62,147 bases of DNA, filler included, from Candidatus Woesearchaeota archaeon CG1_02_57_44 (GCA_001871415.1; 5 parts of 5 records of this genome joined end to end with filler, not necessarily neighbours in it), one strand, 5' to 3'; counted from the whole stretch's first letter, positions 49,952-60,367 are shown. The notes: generated from the sequence alone by a model not told the origin. Made by a program: numbers and translations.

Positions 49952-50652
49952 ATGATGAAAGCGCAAGCTACGGCGTTCATAGTGCTCGGCATAGTGGTTC
50001 TCATCGCTGTTGGCTCTGTCCTCCTGCTGCGTCCTGCGCAGCAGAGCGCTGTGCAGACAGGCATCGGGCAGGCAGTCTTCACCTTTACGCAGCAGTGCCT
50101 GCAGCAGAGCGTTGATGAGGCAGTCTCCCAGCTTGGCTCTGGCGCGCTGGTCTGCTATCAGGACCGAAGCTTCATCACGGTCAGTGAGGTGCAGGAGTTC
50201 CTGCAGCAGGTGGCGAAGCGTAACCTTGAGCAGTGCCTTGACTATGGCGCGTTTGCTTCGCAGGGCATGCGGGTGGATGAGGGTGTGTATGATTTCTCCC
50301 TGCGGGTGCGCGATACAGGGCTGGAGGCGGGCATGGCCTTTGACGAGCCGCTCATCGTCTCTGACAGCAGGCGCGAGGAGCGCTTTGACGCGTTCTCGTA
50401 CGATTCACCCCGGCCGGTCCGGGCATTGGTGCAGACTGCTGCCAGCGGCGCTGACTATCTGGACGAGGCATCCTGGTTCGCGTGGCTGCAGGAGCGCGCG
50501 GCAGAGGATGGCATTGACCTGTCAGTTGAGAGCGCTGACGCCATGCACGTGCTCAGCGTGGTGCACGGTGATACGATGCTCAGATGCGGCATGTACCTGC
50601 CAGCAGGACACAGCACCATCAACGGCATGCTGCCCATCGCGGTGCAGGTGCC
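49952..50652 (+). CDS. Class III signal peptide (pilin-like) protein, truncated; paralog of 44770
   Basis: MMKA|QATAFIVLGIVVLIAV; shares CLQQS, CY and PxGxSTxNGxLP motifs with 44770. Confidence 0.75.
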
Positions 50653-50752
50653 NNNNNNNNNNNNNNNNNNNNNNNNNNNNNNNNNNNNNNNNNNNNTTAA
50701 TTAATTAANNNNNNNNNNNNNNNNNNNNNNNNNNNNNNNNNNNNNNNNNNNN
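50653..50752. other. Artificial contig linker
   Basis: N-run, TTAATTAATTAA, N-run. Confidence 0.98.
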
Positions 50753-51034
50753 GCGTGGTTCGTCTCGCTCACCAGCAACCCTGTCATCAACCCCAGCAGC
50801 ATGGTCATGGCCTCGCCATCACAGCGCGAGTCCATCATCCTGACCGTGTTCGTGTTCATCGTCAGCTATTCCTTGTTCCTGCTCATCTTCTACGCCTTTG
50901 TGCTCAAGCGCAGGTATTTCTCCGCAGCGCCTGTGGCGGTCGGAGCTGACGCTGGTTTTGTGCCCATGAGCAAGGCAGCTGTCAAAGCAGTGCGCAAGAC
51001 TCCGGCGAAGAAGTCAAAGCCGCGCAAGAAGTGA
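50753..51034 (+). CDS. 3' end of a membrane protein
   Basis: TM followed by a Lys-rich tail, at the contig start. Confidence 0.55.
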   Translation, partial: AWFVSLTSNPVINPSSMVMASPSQRESIILTVFVFIVSYSLFLLIFYAFVLKRRYFSAAPVAVGADAGFVPMSKAAVKAVRKTPAKKSKPRKK

Positions 51035-51053
51035 GCGTCGAGGCGCTATTGTC

Positions 51054-51407
51054 ATGAAGCTTGTCCTAGCGTACATACCGTGCCCTTCTGCTTCGGAAGC
51101 CGAGCGCATCGGCAAGCAGCTTGTCGAGCAGCGGCTTTGCGCATGCGCGAATTGGTCTTCTATGCGATCCTGCTATCGGTGGGAGGGCGCGGTGAAGACG
51201 GAGAACGAGTGGCTCTTGCTGGCGAAGACGTCGCCTGATAAGAAGGATGCGCTACGGGCAGCGGTGGAGAAGACGCATCCGTATGCTGTTCCTTGTGTGC
51301 TGTTCTTGGACGGGGACGTGAATGAGGTGTATGGGGAATGGGTGCAGGGAGAGGTTATGGGCGGCGCAGTGTGGTCGACGCGGAGTGAAGCGAAACGAAG
51401 AAGTTGA
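51054..51407 (+). CDS. cutA: Divalent-cation tolerance protein CutA
   Basis: LCACAN, YRWEG, HPYAVP. Confidence 0.92.
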   Translation: MKLVLAYIPCPSASEAERIGKQLVEQRLCACANWSSMRSCYRWEGAVKTENEWLLLAKTSPDKKDALRAAVEKTHPYAVPCVLFLDGDVNEVYGEWVQGEVMGGAVWSTRSEAKRRS

Positions 51408-51422
51408 CCTGCTTTTCTGTCA

Positions 51423-52073
51423 TTATCCACCATCCCATTCTTTATAGAATTCATCAAGAAACTGTTCCATAAATTCATGCCTGTTCTCAGCCATCGATCT
51501 TCCTGTATCTGTATTCATCCTGTCTTTAAGCAGAAGAAGCTTCTCATAAAAATGATTGAGTGTCGGAGCGTCACTGTTCTTGTATTCTTCTTTAGTCATG
51601 TTATGGTTCGGTTTGATCTGAGGATTGTATATCACTCTGCCTTTATGGCCTCCATAATTGAATGCCCTTGCGATGCCTATTGCTCCCATCGCATCTAATC
51701 TATCCGCGTCTTGGACGACGTCAAACTCAGGAGATCGGAATCCTTGCGTGTGCTTTCCACCTTTGAACGAAATATTTACGATAACATTTTCAATGTGTAC
51801 TATCACATCTTCTTCGACCTGCAAGGTGCTCAAGAACTCTCTTGCTCTACGAGGTCCTATCTCTTCATCACCATCATGAAACTTGGGATCTGCCACGTCA
51901 TGAAGCAATGCTCCAAGCTCAACAACAAAAGTATCGACACCTTCGGTCTGAGCAATGTGTCTCGATAATTTCCAAACACGACGCGCGTGCCACCAATCAT
52001 GGCCTCCTTCAGCATCGGACAAGACCTCTTTTACGAACTCTATGGTCTTTTGAATTGTGGTTTCTTGATCCAT
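51423..52073 (-). CDS. HD-domain phosphohydrolase
   Basis: GHDWWH, LLHD, QDADRLDAMGAIGIARAF, NHFYEKLL. Confidence 0.9.
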   Translation of the reverse strand: MDQETTIQKTIEFVKEVLSDAEGGHDWWHARRVWKLSRHIAQTEGVDTFVVELGALLHDVADPKFHDGDEEIGPRRAREFLSTLQVEEDVIVHIENVIVNISFKGGKHTQGFRSPEFDVVQDADRLDAMGAIGIARAFNYGGHKGRVIYNPQIKPNHNMTKEEYKNSDAPTLNHFYEKLLLLKDRMNTDTGRSMAENRHEFMEQFLDEFYKEWDGG

Positions 52074-52261
52074 ATTATTAACGTTTCAATAGACTCATAT
52101 AAAGTTAGCGATGCGCAAAGGAATGTGCCCCCAAAGGTCTGCACTACATGCGATAGTGGTGCGCTTAGTAATCAGCGATCAGTATCATATCGGGATGGGT
52201 CTTGTCGCTTCGGGCAGGACGCTGCGGCTCGTGGTGGAACCTGTCCCGTTGTCTGCCCGCC

Positions 52262-54967
52262 TCACGCGATGACCAGCGCCGGCTTGCCGGGCATGGCCTG
52301 CCTGCGCTTGTCGTGCCCTGATTGGGATTCAACCTCGATGAGGATGTCGCACTTGAACTCGGCACCGATGTTGGCGAGCTCGAGGAACTTCTTCTCGTCC
52401 TCCGTAGCCAGCAGCACCGCTGGCATCTTCTGCGGAGACGCCACGAGCTTTGGCAAGAGCTTGGCGACATCCTGACCGTGCTTCTTGAGGTCAGCATCTG
52501 TCATCGCGGCCTTCATGATGGCGCCGACATCGCGCGTGGATGTGAGCTGCTGCTGGATGAATCTGCAGAGCGTGCGTTTCCAATCGTCCGCGAGTATCAA
52601 GGTGATGGTCTTTGGCTTGACTTTCAGCAAGCCCAGGAGGTTGAGGATGTCTTTTCGCGCCTCATCGACCAAGGTCTCGCCTGCCTCGGCCGCATGGTCT
52701 ATCTTCGACTCGTCCGCGACGGGCCAGGGCGAGAGCGAACAGAAGGTGGAGGCGTCGGTCGCATCAGCAGAGCTATTTCCCAACAGCTCACACATCTCCT
52801 CGGCCATGTGCGGCGCGATAGGCGAGAGCAAGCGCGCAAGATCGCTCAAGCAGCCATTCCAGACCGACGATGACACTTGTCCTGCCACCTTGTGCAAGGC
52901 ATTGCCAAATTCCATCATCGCACCTATGGCCAGCGAAAACTCGAAGGCGTCCATGTGCGCGGTCACTCTCGCGATGGTGCGATGCAGCTTGGATCGTATC
53001 TGACGGTCTGTCTCTGGTGAAGCAGGTGACGGTGCGGTATCTGCATTAGACTGATCAACCTGTTCGAGCAGCCGATACACCTTGGTCAGGAACCGGTTGA
53101 CCGCGTCGACGCCGGTGTCCGACCATTCCAGCTCTTTTTCCGGCAGCGCGGCGAAGAGGATGAATGCTCTTGCGGTATCGGCGCCGTACTTGTCCACGAT
53201 GGTGTTGGGGTCGACGACATTGCCCTTGCTCTTGCTCATGGCGTCGCCGTCCTTGAGTACCATGCCCTGGCAGAGCAGGCGATGGAACGGCTCGTCGATG
53301 TCGATGAGGCCCAGGTCGCGCAGCGCCTTGGTGAAGAATCGCGCGTAGAGCAGGTGCATGACCGCGTGCTCGATGCCGCCGATGTACTGGCTGACCGGCA
53401 TCCATTGTGACGCTTCCTTCCCGAACGGCAGCTCCTTGTTCTTCGGGTCGCAGTAGCGCAGGAAATACCAGGAAGAATCCACGAACGTGTCCATGGTGTC
53501 GGTCTCACGGCGCGCAGGCTTGCCGCATGCGGGGCAGTCGGCCTTAGTGAACGAGGCGCTGCTCTCCAGAGGATTTCCTTCTCCGGTGAACTGCACGTCC
53601 TCGGGCAGGCGTACCGGAAGGTCCTTTTCCGGGACAGGCACGGTGCCGCAGGCCTCGCAGTGGATGATGGGAATAGGTGTTCCCCAGTAGCGCTGGCGGC
53701 TGATGAGCCAGTCACGCAGCTTGAACTGCACCACGGCCTCTCCTTTGCCCTGCTCCTTGAGCCACTCGTTTATCTTCGGGATGGCGTCGCGATTGCCCTC
53801 GCCGTCAAAGGGTCCTGAGTCTACAAGTTTTCCGTCGTCGACAAAGGCATGATGCATGGTCCCGGACTTCAGCATGGTGCCTTCATCTGGCTGGATGACG
53901 ATCTTCTTTGGGATATTGAACTTGGTCGCGAACTCGAAGTCGCGCTGGTCATGCGTGGGCACGGCCATGATGAAGCCGGTGCCGTATTCCATGAGCACGA
54001 AGTTGGCGATGTAGATGGGCACCACGTCACCATTGACTGGATTGACGGCGTGCTTGCCGATGAAGAGGCCTTCCTTCTCCTTGTCCTCGGCCAGTCTTGT
54101 GAACCTGTCCTTGACCGCCTGCGTCACGAACTCGCGCACAGGCTTCTCATACGCTGTCCCTTTGACCAGTTCCATGACCTTGGGATGCTCTGGCGCGAAG
54201 ACCATGAACATGACTCCCCACAGGGTATCGGGTCGGGTAGTGAAGACTGGTATGGTCTCGCCGGTCTCTTTGATAGTGAAATCCACACGGGTTCCTTCGC
54301 TCCTGCCTATCCAGTTGCGCTGCATGGCCTTGACGCGCTCTGGCCACGCCAGGGTGTCTATGTCCTTGAGCAGCTCTTCAGCGTAGGCGGTTATCCTAAA
54401 GAACCACTGCGGCATGTCCTTCTGGGTGACGTCGCTCGCGCACCGCCAGCACTTGCCGTCATGCACCTGCTCATTCGCCAGCACCGTGTTGCAGGACGGA
54501 CACCAGTTAGCCAGCGCCGCCTTGCGATAGGCGAGACCTTTCTCATAGAGCTTGGTGAATATCCACTGGTTCCATCTGTAGTAATCAGGGTCATGGCTGT
54601 AGATCATGCGGTCCCAGTCATAGCTGAGCCCGAGTGCCTTCTGCTGGCCCATCATGGTCCTGATGTTGTTGTCGGTCCAGTCCTTCGGGCTGACCTTGTG
54701 CTTGATGGCGGCGTTCTCGGCGGGAAGTCCGAAGGAGTCATAGCCCATGGGATACAGGACCGCTTTGCCTTTCATGCGCTGATAGCGCGCGAAGGCATCG
54801 CCGATGGCATAGTTGCGGCAGTGGCCCATGTGCAGGCCTGAGCCGCTCGGATAGGGGTACATCTCAAGGCAGTAGAAGGTGTCTTTGCCCTCTGCTGGCC
54901 GGGCCTTGAAGGCCTTGGCGCTCTCCCAGCGCTCCTGCCATTTTCCGTCGATATGCTTGAAGTTCAT
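52262..54967 (-). CDS. leuS: Leucine--tRNA ligase (bacterial-type core, archaeal-type C-terminus)
   Basis: MYPYPSG.LHMGH, FTTRPDT, DWLISRQRYWG, MSKSKGN, C-terminal AMPGKPALVIA. Confidence 0.97.
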   Translation of the reverse strand: MNFKHIDGKWQERWESAKAFKARPAEGKDTFYCLEMYPYPSGSGLHMGHCRNYAIGDAFARYQRMKGKAVLYPMGYDSFGLPAENAAIKHKVSPKDWTDNNIRTMMGQQKALGLSYDWDRMIYSHDPDYYRWNQWIFTKLYEKGLAYRKAALANWCPSCNTVLANEQVHDGKCWRCASDVTQKDMPQWFFRITAYAEELLKDIDTLAWPERVKAMQRNWIGRSEGTRVDFTIKETGETIPVFTTRPDTLWGVMFMVFAPEHPKVMELVKGTAYEKPVREFVTQAVKDRFTRLAEDKEKEGLFIGKHAVNPVNGDVVPIYIANFVLMEYGTGFIMAVPTHDQRDFEFATKFNIPKKIVIQPDEGTMLKSGTMHHAFVDDGKLVDSGPFDGEGNRDAIPKINEWLKEQGKGEAVVQFKLRDWLISRQRYWGTPIPIIHCEACGTVPVPEKDLPVRLPEDVQFTGEGNPLESSASFTKADCPACGKPARRETDTMDTFVDSSWYFLRYCDPKNKELPFGKEASQWMPVSQYIGGIEHAVMHLLYARFFTKALRDLGLIDIDEPFHRLLCQGMVLKDGDAMSKSKGNVVDPNTIVDKYGADTARAFILFAALPEKELEWSDTGVDAVNRFLTKVYRLLEQVDQSNADTAPSPASPETDRQIRSKLHRTIARVTAHMDAFEFSLAIGAMMEFGNALHKVAGQVSSSVWNGCLSDLARLLSPIAPHMAEEMCELLGNSSADATDASTFCSLSPWPVADESKIDHAAEAGETLVDEARKDILNLLGLLKVKPKTITLILADDWKRTLCRFIQQQLTSTRDVGAIMKAAMTDADLKKHGQDVAKLLPKLVASPQKMPAVLLATEDEKKFLELANIGAEFKCDILIEVESQSGHDKRRQAMPGKPALVIA

Positions 54968-55153
54968 GGTCCTCCTGCCTCGGTCATCGGCCTGCCTGTC
55001 TGCTGCGTTCCCGGCAAGGTGGGGAGGTTATAAATAGGTTTTGCTAGGGCGGCGGTTTTTTTTTGATGGAGTCGGCCTGATATCTTGAGGGGGTCTGCTG
55101 AAGTGAAGCATCTTAGTCGCTATCGGCTCTACCGAAAACCTTCCCTATTTTGC

Positions 55154-55633
55154 ATGCCAGTCCATAAGAAGCAGGACCTGCTGTTATCAGTCATGGCGCG
55201 TTTTGAGCCCATCGCCCGTGAGATCCAGACACAGTATGAGCTTCAGCTCCGCATGGATGAGATGCAGGACACGAAGACAGGCATCACGCTTGGTTTCATC
55301 TTTCTGGTGATAGTGCAGAGTCTCGGACAAAGGCCGTTGTCTCTCTTGCAGCGGATTGGTGTCCTTGCCATGTTCGTGGCTGTTGTGTTCGGCTATGCCG
55401 CGAACTTCAAGTCACATTATTTTCGTGGAGCGATCATCCACTCATTGCTTGACGACTATGGGCGTGAACCGTCTGCCGATTACCATAAGCTCATCGCCCA
55501 TTCGCGATACATGGCTTTGCGTCGCAACCTATCCATATCCCTCTATAAGGCAAAATATATTAAGCGCATGTTCTCTTGTTTTCTTGCAGGTGTGATATTA
55601 CTATTATCCAGTGCCCTGTGGGGTAGTGTATGA
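55154..55633 (+). CDS. Small 3-TM membrane protein (weak resemblance to Pycsar effector/DUF5706 topology)
   Basis: D.K..I.LGF TM hairpin and C-terminal K...I...F..G TM. Confidence 0.55.
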   Translation: MPVHKKQDLLLSVMARFEPIAREIQTQYELQLRMDEMQDTKTGITLGFIFLVIVQSLGQRPLSLLQRIGVLAMFVAVVFGYAANFKSHYFRGAIIHSLLDDYGREPSADYHKLIAHSRYMALRRNLSISLYKAKYIKRMFSCFLAGVILLLSSALWGSV

Positions 55634-55825
55634 TGGCAAAGAAACGCAAGACACGGGAGATTCCTGCTTGGGAAAAGGAATCGCTTCCCCTAGCAAGGTT
55701 CGGTGAGCCAGAGCCGGAGTGAAACGCCAGATTTTTCTATACTGTATCCAGGTAGGTGCTGGTACGTCCACAAAGATGTGTTGTCCATCTAAACTTTTAT
55801 ATACCGCCCGGTCGCCCTTTGCCTG

Positions 55826-56506
55826 ATGAAACTCTCCATCATCGTCCCTGCCTATAACGAGGCCGCGACCATCCTGGATGTCGTCGCGGCGGTCAAGAGG
55901 GCGAATACACTAGGACTTGATACGCAGATCATTGTCGTGGATGACGGCAGCGATGACGGCACCAAGCAGCTGCTGCTGGGAGCGCAGGGCATCACGGTCG
56001 TGACGCATCCGAAGAACAAGGGCAAGGGCGCTGCTGTGGCAAGCGGTCTTGCCAAGGCGACGGGTGATGTCATCATCATCCAGGATGCTGACCTGGAGTA
56101 TTCTCCGAAAGAATATCCTAAATTGTTGAAACCTCTGATCTCAGGGCAGGCCACGGTGGTCTATGGCTCGCGGTTCATGACCCGGCACAACCCCCGCTAC
56201 TTCTGGCTGTATGTGGGCAATAAGGGACTGTCACTTCTGACATCCTTGCTGTTCTTCCGCAAAGTCACGGACATGGAGACGGGCTACAAGGTCTTTCGCA
56301 AGGACGCCATGCGCAGCATCACTTTGCATGCGCGTGGCTTTGATCTGGAGCCCGAGCTGACTGCCAAGTTCCTGAAACGCGGCATCAGGATCCATGAGGT
56401 GCCTATCTCCTATGAATGCAGGACGTTCTCTGCTGGTAAGAAGATCAGCTGGAAGGACGGTGTGAAGGCTGCTCTTGTGCTGCTGAAGTATCGATTTGTG
56501 GATTGA
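55826..56506 (+). CDS. GT2 polyprenol-phosphate glycosyltransferase
   Basis: [26 protein letters not shown]. Confidence 0.92.
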   Translation: MKLSIIVPAYNEAATILDVVAAVKRANTLGLDTQIIVVDDGSDDGTKQLLLGAQGITVVTHPKNKGKGAAVASGLAKATGDVIIIQDADLEYSPKEYPKLLKPLISGQATVVYGSRFMTRHNPRYFWLYVGNKGLSLLTSLLFFRKVTDMETGYKVFRKDAMRSITLHARGFDLEPELTAKFLKRGIRIHEVPISYECRTFSAGKKISWKDGVKAALVLLKYRFVD

Positions 56507-56538
56507 ACTGTCCGCGGACTGAAAAAAGCAAAAAAAGC

Positions 56539-56807
56539 GGCAGGCGCAGCGACAGTCGGCAACAAAAGCGCCATTGAGGCGACCCTGCTACCTTCTCAGT
56601 TCCGCTACCCTCCAAGCGTCCCAGGCGTGACTTAGAGCTGCTCTGTTCCCAGCCTGACTCGGTTCATCGACACCGAAACCCTGAAGGACAGAACGTCAGC
56701 GTCAGCAGCAAGACCACAACAGTGTCCTGAAGCCTCAGCCGCCTTCGGCCCTGCCGTAAGTCCGGTTGCAGTGACAGCGCGGGACTGGCGCGCCGGCCTA
56801 GCCTGCC
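56539..56807 (-). ncRNA. ffs: Archaeal SRP RNA (7S)
   Basis: Terminal helix GGCAGGC/GCCTGCC; helix 8 CAGGCTG-GGAA-CAGAGCAG; TTTATAA about 25 nt upstream; oligo-T downstream. Confidence 0.85.
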
Positions 56808-56897
56808 AAGTGGCTGGAAGAACATGGGCGTTATAAATGTATTTGCGGATGCTATGGGCTAGCGCTGTTCCCTGACGGATACCATGGTCTTGCACTA

Positions 56898-57887
56898 TCA
56901 ACGCCGCTCCAGCGGCCTTGGCGCGATGAAGCCAGAATCCAGGGCGAAGACCGTTGCCATGATGTGGCGTTTCGTTATCTGTGCATCCACAACACTGTGT
57001 CCCCGGTCCAGTGCTTGCCTCATCGCGACCACACCCGCGATGTACCATACCTTCGCGACACACCCGGCATAGTAATCGGTCAGGCCGAAAGGTGCCATGA
57101 GCGCCGCGGTGCAGTAGCGCTTGGTGATGGCGTTGACGTAGCTGGTGAGCCATTGCTTAGCGTCGTTGTCGAGAGGCAGAAAATCTTTTGGCAACTGTGT
57201 GGGGGGCATGGATGTCATGTCGATATCGAAGAATTGCGATGTATCAGCGTCGATGCAGCGCAAGGACACCTTGCGGAATGCCTGCAGCTGTCGGAAGTGA
57301 TAGCCGAGGTAATCTGCCATCTCAGTTGGACCAGTGCCGAGCGCCTTGTCGCTGAGCCATGCTGGATCGAGGTTGATAGCCACTTCCGGGATGTCTGCTT
57401 TTTCCGTCGACGAGGGCACTTGTCGGCTATAATCTTCTGCCGCAGCAGCGATGGCGTCCCGAGCGCTTTCTGTCGTGCCAAGGCTCAGGAGGATCGCCGG
57501 ACATGAGTATGTCGCATCCACCATGAGGATATCCTCTCGCCAGGACAGGACGAACGGGTATTGCCTGCAGGCGAGCGGACGGCGGTCGTAGCCGATGCAG
57601 GATGCATCACCGCTGTACCTGCGCTGGATAGTCAAGCTGGGGGATGGCGTCGGGGTCTTGTCTGCGATTTGCAGCAACGGGCAATAACCGGTGTTCTTCT
57701 CCGGCATCACTGTTGCGTCATCACCGAGGCGCTGCCGGTCTGTCTTCGTGAGCGGAACTGTTGTTGCATAGCAGGAATGCCCACAGCGCTGGCAGGCATA
57801 GGGGCCGTCGTAGGTGCTTATCCAGGGGATGGTCCTGCCATCGCTGGTGAGGGTTCCTTGCATGGTGCTTTGTCCTTTGATGCGCAT
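56898..57887 (-). CDS. YkgJ-like Fe-S/zinc cluster protein
   Basis: CQRCGHSC, CPLL, CIGYDRRPLACRQYPF. Confidence 0.75.
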   Translation of the reverse strand: MRIKGQSTMQGTLTSDGRTIPWISTYDGPYACQRCGHSCYATTVPLTKTDRQRLGDDATVMPEKNTGYCPLLQIADKTPTPSPSLTIQRRYSGDASCIGYDRRPLACRQYPFVLSWREDILMVDATYSCPAILLSLGTTESARDAIAAAAEDYSRQVPSSTEKADIPEVAINLDPAWLSDKALGTGPTEMADYLGYHFRQLQAFRKVSLRCIDADTSQFFDIDMTSMPPTQLPKDFLPLDNDAKQWLTSYVNAITKRYCTAALMAPFGLTDYYAGCVAKVWYIAGVVAMRQALDRGHSVVDAQITKRHIMATVFALDSGFIAPRPLERR

Positions 57888-58119
57888 GCATAGATGGCAA
57901 TTGGCGGGAATAATAAATGTTGGGATAAAGGCCGGAATTGATGGGGATGGTACGGTCAAACGATAGAGCTGTTGCGTAAACAGGTTTTTGCGTAGCTGGT
58001 GCGCATCAGGCCGTGATACTCTCGCGCCTTGGTCGCGTTTAGCAGCAGGGTATGCCATCAGCACCTATCCACTTTTCACCGCCACAACGCTTATATTCCC
58101 GCACTAGGTCACCTTGGCC

Positions 58120-58701
58120 ATGGCAGGTGTCATCGGCAAGCTCAAGGAGCTCAGCGATTCTTCGGACAGCATCAAAGACATCCACACGCAGATAGCGGAG
58201 CTTCGCACTGATGTCGACGGGCTCAGGGATTCTATCGGCCAGCTGCGCGTCGAGGCCAAGGCGCTTCGCGAGTCGCTGTTCATGGTGGGCGGTGAGATAC
58301 GCAATGGCGCAGAGGCGCTTCGCGATGATGTCGGCGCGAAGACCACTGAGCTGAGCGACGAATTGATGAAACTCAAGCTGGTCTCCAGCACCCTGCAGGG
58401 CAAGGTCTCTGAAAAGGTCGATAGCGAGATTGTGGGGCTGGTCGCGGTGCTCAAGGAGCGCATGGGTCCATACGTGGACGCCGAGGCGCAACTGCGCGCC
58501 GTGCTCGAGGCCGTGGGACAGCTCAAGGCAGAGATCAACCGCATGGCAGAGATCGGCAAGGGCCTTCGCAAGGAAGATTTCTCCATGCAACGTACCCATA
58601 GCATCATCAAGCAATGCGAGGCCGAGAAGCTGGAACTGCATCGCAAGCTGGACACGCTCGAGAAACTGATAGCGTCGGAAAGAAGAAGACAGCATCGATG
58701 A
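58120..58701 (+). CDS. Coiled-coil hypothetical protein
   Basis: Heptad-rich ORF. Confidence 0.7.
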   Translation: MAGVIGKLKELSDSSDSIKDIHTQIAELRTDVDGLRDSIGQLRVEAKALRESLFMVGGEIRNGAEALRDDVGAKTTELSDELMKLKLVSSTLQGKVSEKVDSEIVGLVAVLKERMGPYVDAEAQLRAVLEAVGQLKAEINRMAEIGKGLRKEDFSMQRTHSIIKQCEAEKLELHRKLDTLEKLIASERRRQHR

Positions 58702-58758
58702 TGGGATGACTCAAGGGCATCGATGATGGGATGACTCAAGGGCATCGATGATGGGATG
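58692..58758. repeat. 25-bp tandem repeat, about 2.7 copies, overlapping a stop codon
   Basis: GCATCGATGATGGGATGACTCAAGG. Confidence 0.88.
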
Positions 58759-58895
58759 GTTCGGTAGCGTGGCTGAGGAGATGACTCAAGGAGTTCTTGC
58801 GCATACGCCCGCTATTCCTGACTGCAGGGTCTTGTCATGTGGGCCGTTGCATCTGAGCCGTTCGTTGCATCCGCTTCAGCATATTCTTTTCACGT

Positions 58896-59741
58896 TTATG
58901 CTATAGCGCGACGCTGGCCAATGCGATGGGTGGTGTTTCTCTTCCAAAGCGCGACCATCCCCATGAGATAGGTGACGTAGGCGGCGAGCTCCAGTGCGCT
59001 GGGATTTCCATTATACCCGAACAGTCCCTTAGCGAAGCTGCCGACGAGTCCCTTCTCATGCAGCAACGGGTATGAGCCGTCTTGATTCATTGGTGGATTA
59101 ATATCATAAAGCGGCACGACGCTGCCCGCCACTTCCTGGAACTCGTGCACGCTGTGCGAGACGAGTCCAGCTGCGAAGAGGATGAGCAGGACGCTGCTTA
59201 CCTTGAAGACCGCTGATACCTTGATTCGTTGGGCCCCCTTGAAGAACAGGTAACCGATGACGAGCGCCGCCAGGACGCCGATGCTGCTGCCGAGGAATGA
59301 GATGCCGCTCTCGTAGCGCGCGGCATTGAGGAACAGGACGGTTTCTGCCCCCTCCCGTAGGATGGCTGTCGCGATGAGCATGGTCAGGCCCCAGGAGGAC
59401 CAGCCAGGCGCTTTGTGCAATTGGAGGTCGACTTTCTGCTCGATGTCCCGGGTTACCTGGTGCTGGCGCATCATCCAGATGATCATGGTGCTCAGCAGCA
59501 GGGCGCCGATAAGCATGGTCGTCCCCTCGAACAGCTGTTCAGCGACGCCTTCGAAACCGCTGGTGAAGGTCTGGAAGAGGGCAGCGGTGATGATGCTTCC
59601 CAGGATGCCAAGCCCTATACCCAGATGTACGCTTGGCCTGTAGTGATTATTACCGCTGCGATGCAGGTAACCATAGACAATGCCGACCACAAGGCTCGCC
59701 TCGAGCGTCTCCCTGCCTGTGATGAGAAACGATTCTATCAT
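58896..59741 (-). CDS. FTR1/EfeU-family iron permease
   Basis: Two RExxE motifs (RETLE, REGAE); about 7 TMs. Confidence 0.92.
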   Translation of the reverse strand: MIESFLITGRETLEASLVVGIVYGYLHRSGNNHYRPSVHLGIGLGILGSIITAALFQTFTSGFEGVAEQLFEGTTMLIGALLLSTMIIWMMRQHQVTRDIEQKVDLQLHKAPGWSSWGLTMLIATAILREGAETVLFLNAARYESGISFLGSSIGVLAALVIGYLFFKGAQRIKVSAVFKVSSVLLILFAAGLVSHSVHEFQEVAGSVVPLYDINPPMNQDGSYPLLHEKGLVGSFAKGLFGYNGNPSALELAAYVTYLMGMVALWKRNTTHRIGQRRAIA

Positions 59742-59773
59742 TTTTCCTCTGTCGTATAATACCCTTCATTGTA

Positions 59774-59789
59774 GTTATGTCAACCTAAC
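59774..59789. promoter_or_regulatory. Putative DtxR/IdeR operator
   Basis: GTTATGTCAACCTAAC matches the palindrome GTTAGGTTAACCTAAC at 14/16; lies between the TATA box (~59801-59809) and the FTR1 start. Confidence 0.7.
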
Positions 59790-59974
59790 ATACTTGTTGG
59801 TTATATATAGCTTTCTGTACATGGGGCTTCTGCTCTGCGTCCTTCAGGCCTTTGGCTGGGATTGCTTGACCTCTTTACTGTATGCGCTTCACCAGCTTTA
59901 GAATACTGACTGTGAGACCTTTAAGGCTTTGGAATTCTGGTTGTGAGGGTCCTGATTAGAAGCAACAGGCCTGT

Positions 59975-60367
59975 TCACTTCTTGAGCAGCGTTTCCAGTT
60001 TCGTGATTGTCTCGTCTGATGCCGCATGCTCGAAATTGCACGCGTCGTGGTGCGCTACAGCATGCGGTACGCCGATAGACTCCAGAAAATCTCGTATCAC
60101 CGAGTAGCGGCGTACGACTTTCTTTGCCGCGTTCTTGCCTTTCACGGTCAGTTCGACATCCGCATAGGGCTGGTGCGCGATAAGACCATCGTCTGCTAGC
60201 TTCTTGAGCATTTCTGATACTGAACCTTTGGAAAGATTGAGTTCCTCTGCTATCTCGACAGACTTGGCAGGGCCGCTTTTGCCATCAGAGATAAGATAGA
60301 TCGCCTTCAAGTACATCTCTGTGGTAATCTTATTCTTCTGCCCTGCGTGAAGCTTTGCTGGCTGCAT
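59975..60367 (-). CDS. DtxR/MntR-family metal-dependent repressor
   Basis: EMYLKAIY, SVSEMLKKL, DACNFEH. Confidence 0.92.
   Translation of the reverse strand: MQPAKLHAGQKNKITTEMYLKAIYLISDGKSGPAKSVEIAEELNLSKGSVSEMLKKLADDGLIAHQPYADVELTVKGKNAAKKVVRRYSVIRDFLESIGVPHAVAHHDACNFEHAASDETITKLETLLKK

Noticed and set aside
52082..52260. Possible ncRNA between the HD gene and leuS
   Set aside because: No recognisable RNase P, 5S or tRNA motifs
55154..55633. Pycsar/CBASS defence system
   Set aside because: Only a weak topological resemblance, with no adjacent cyclase gene
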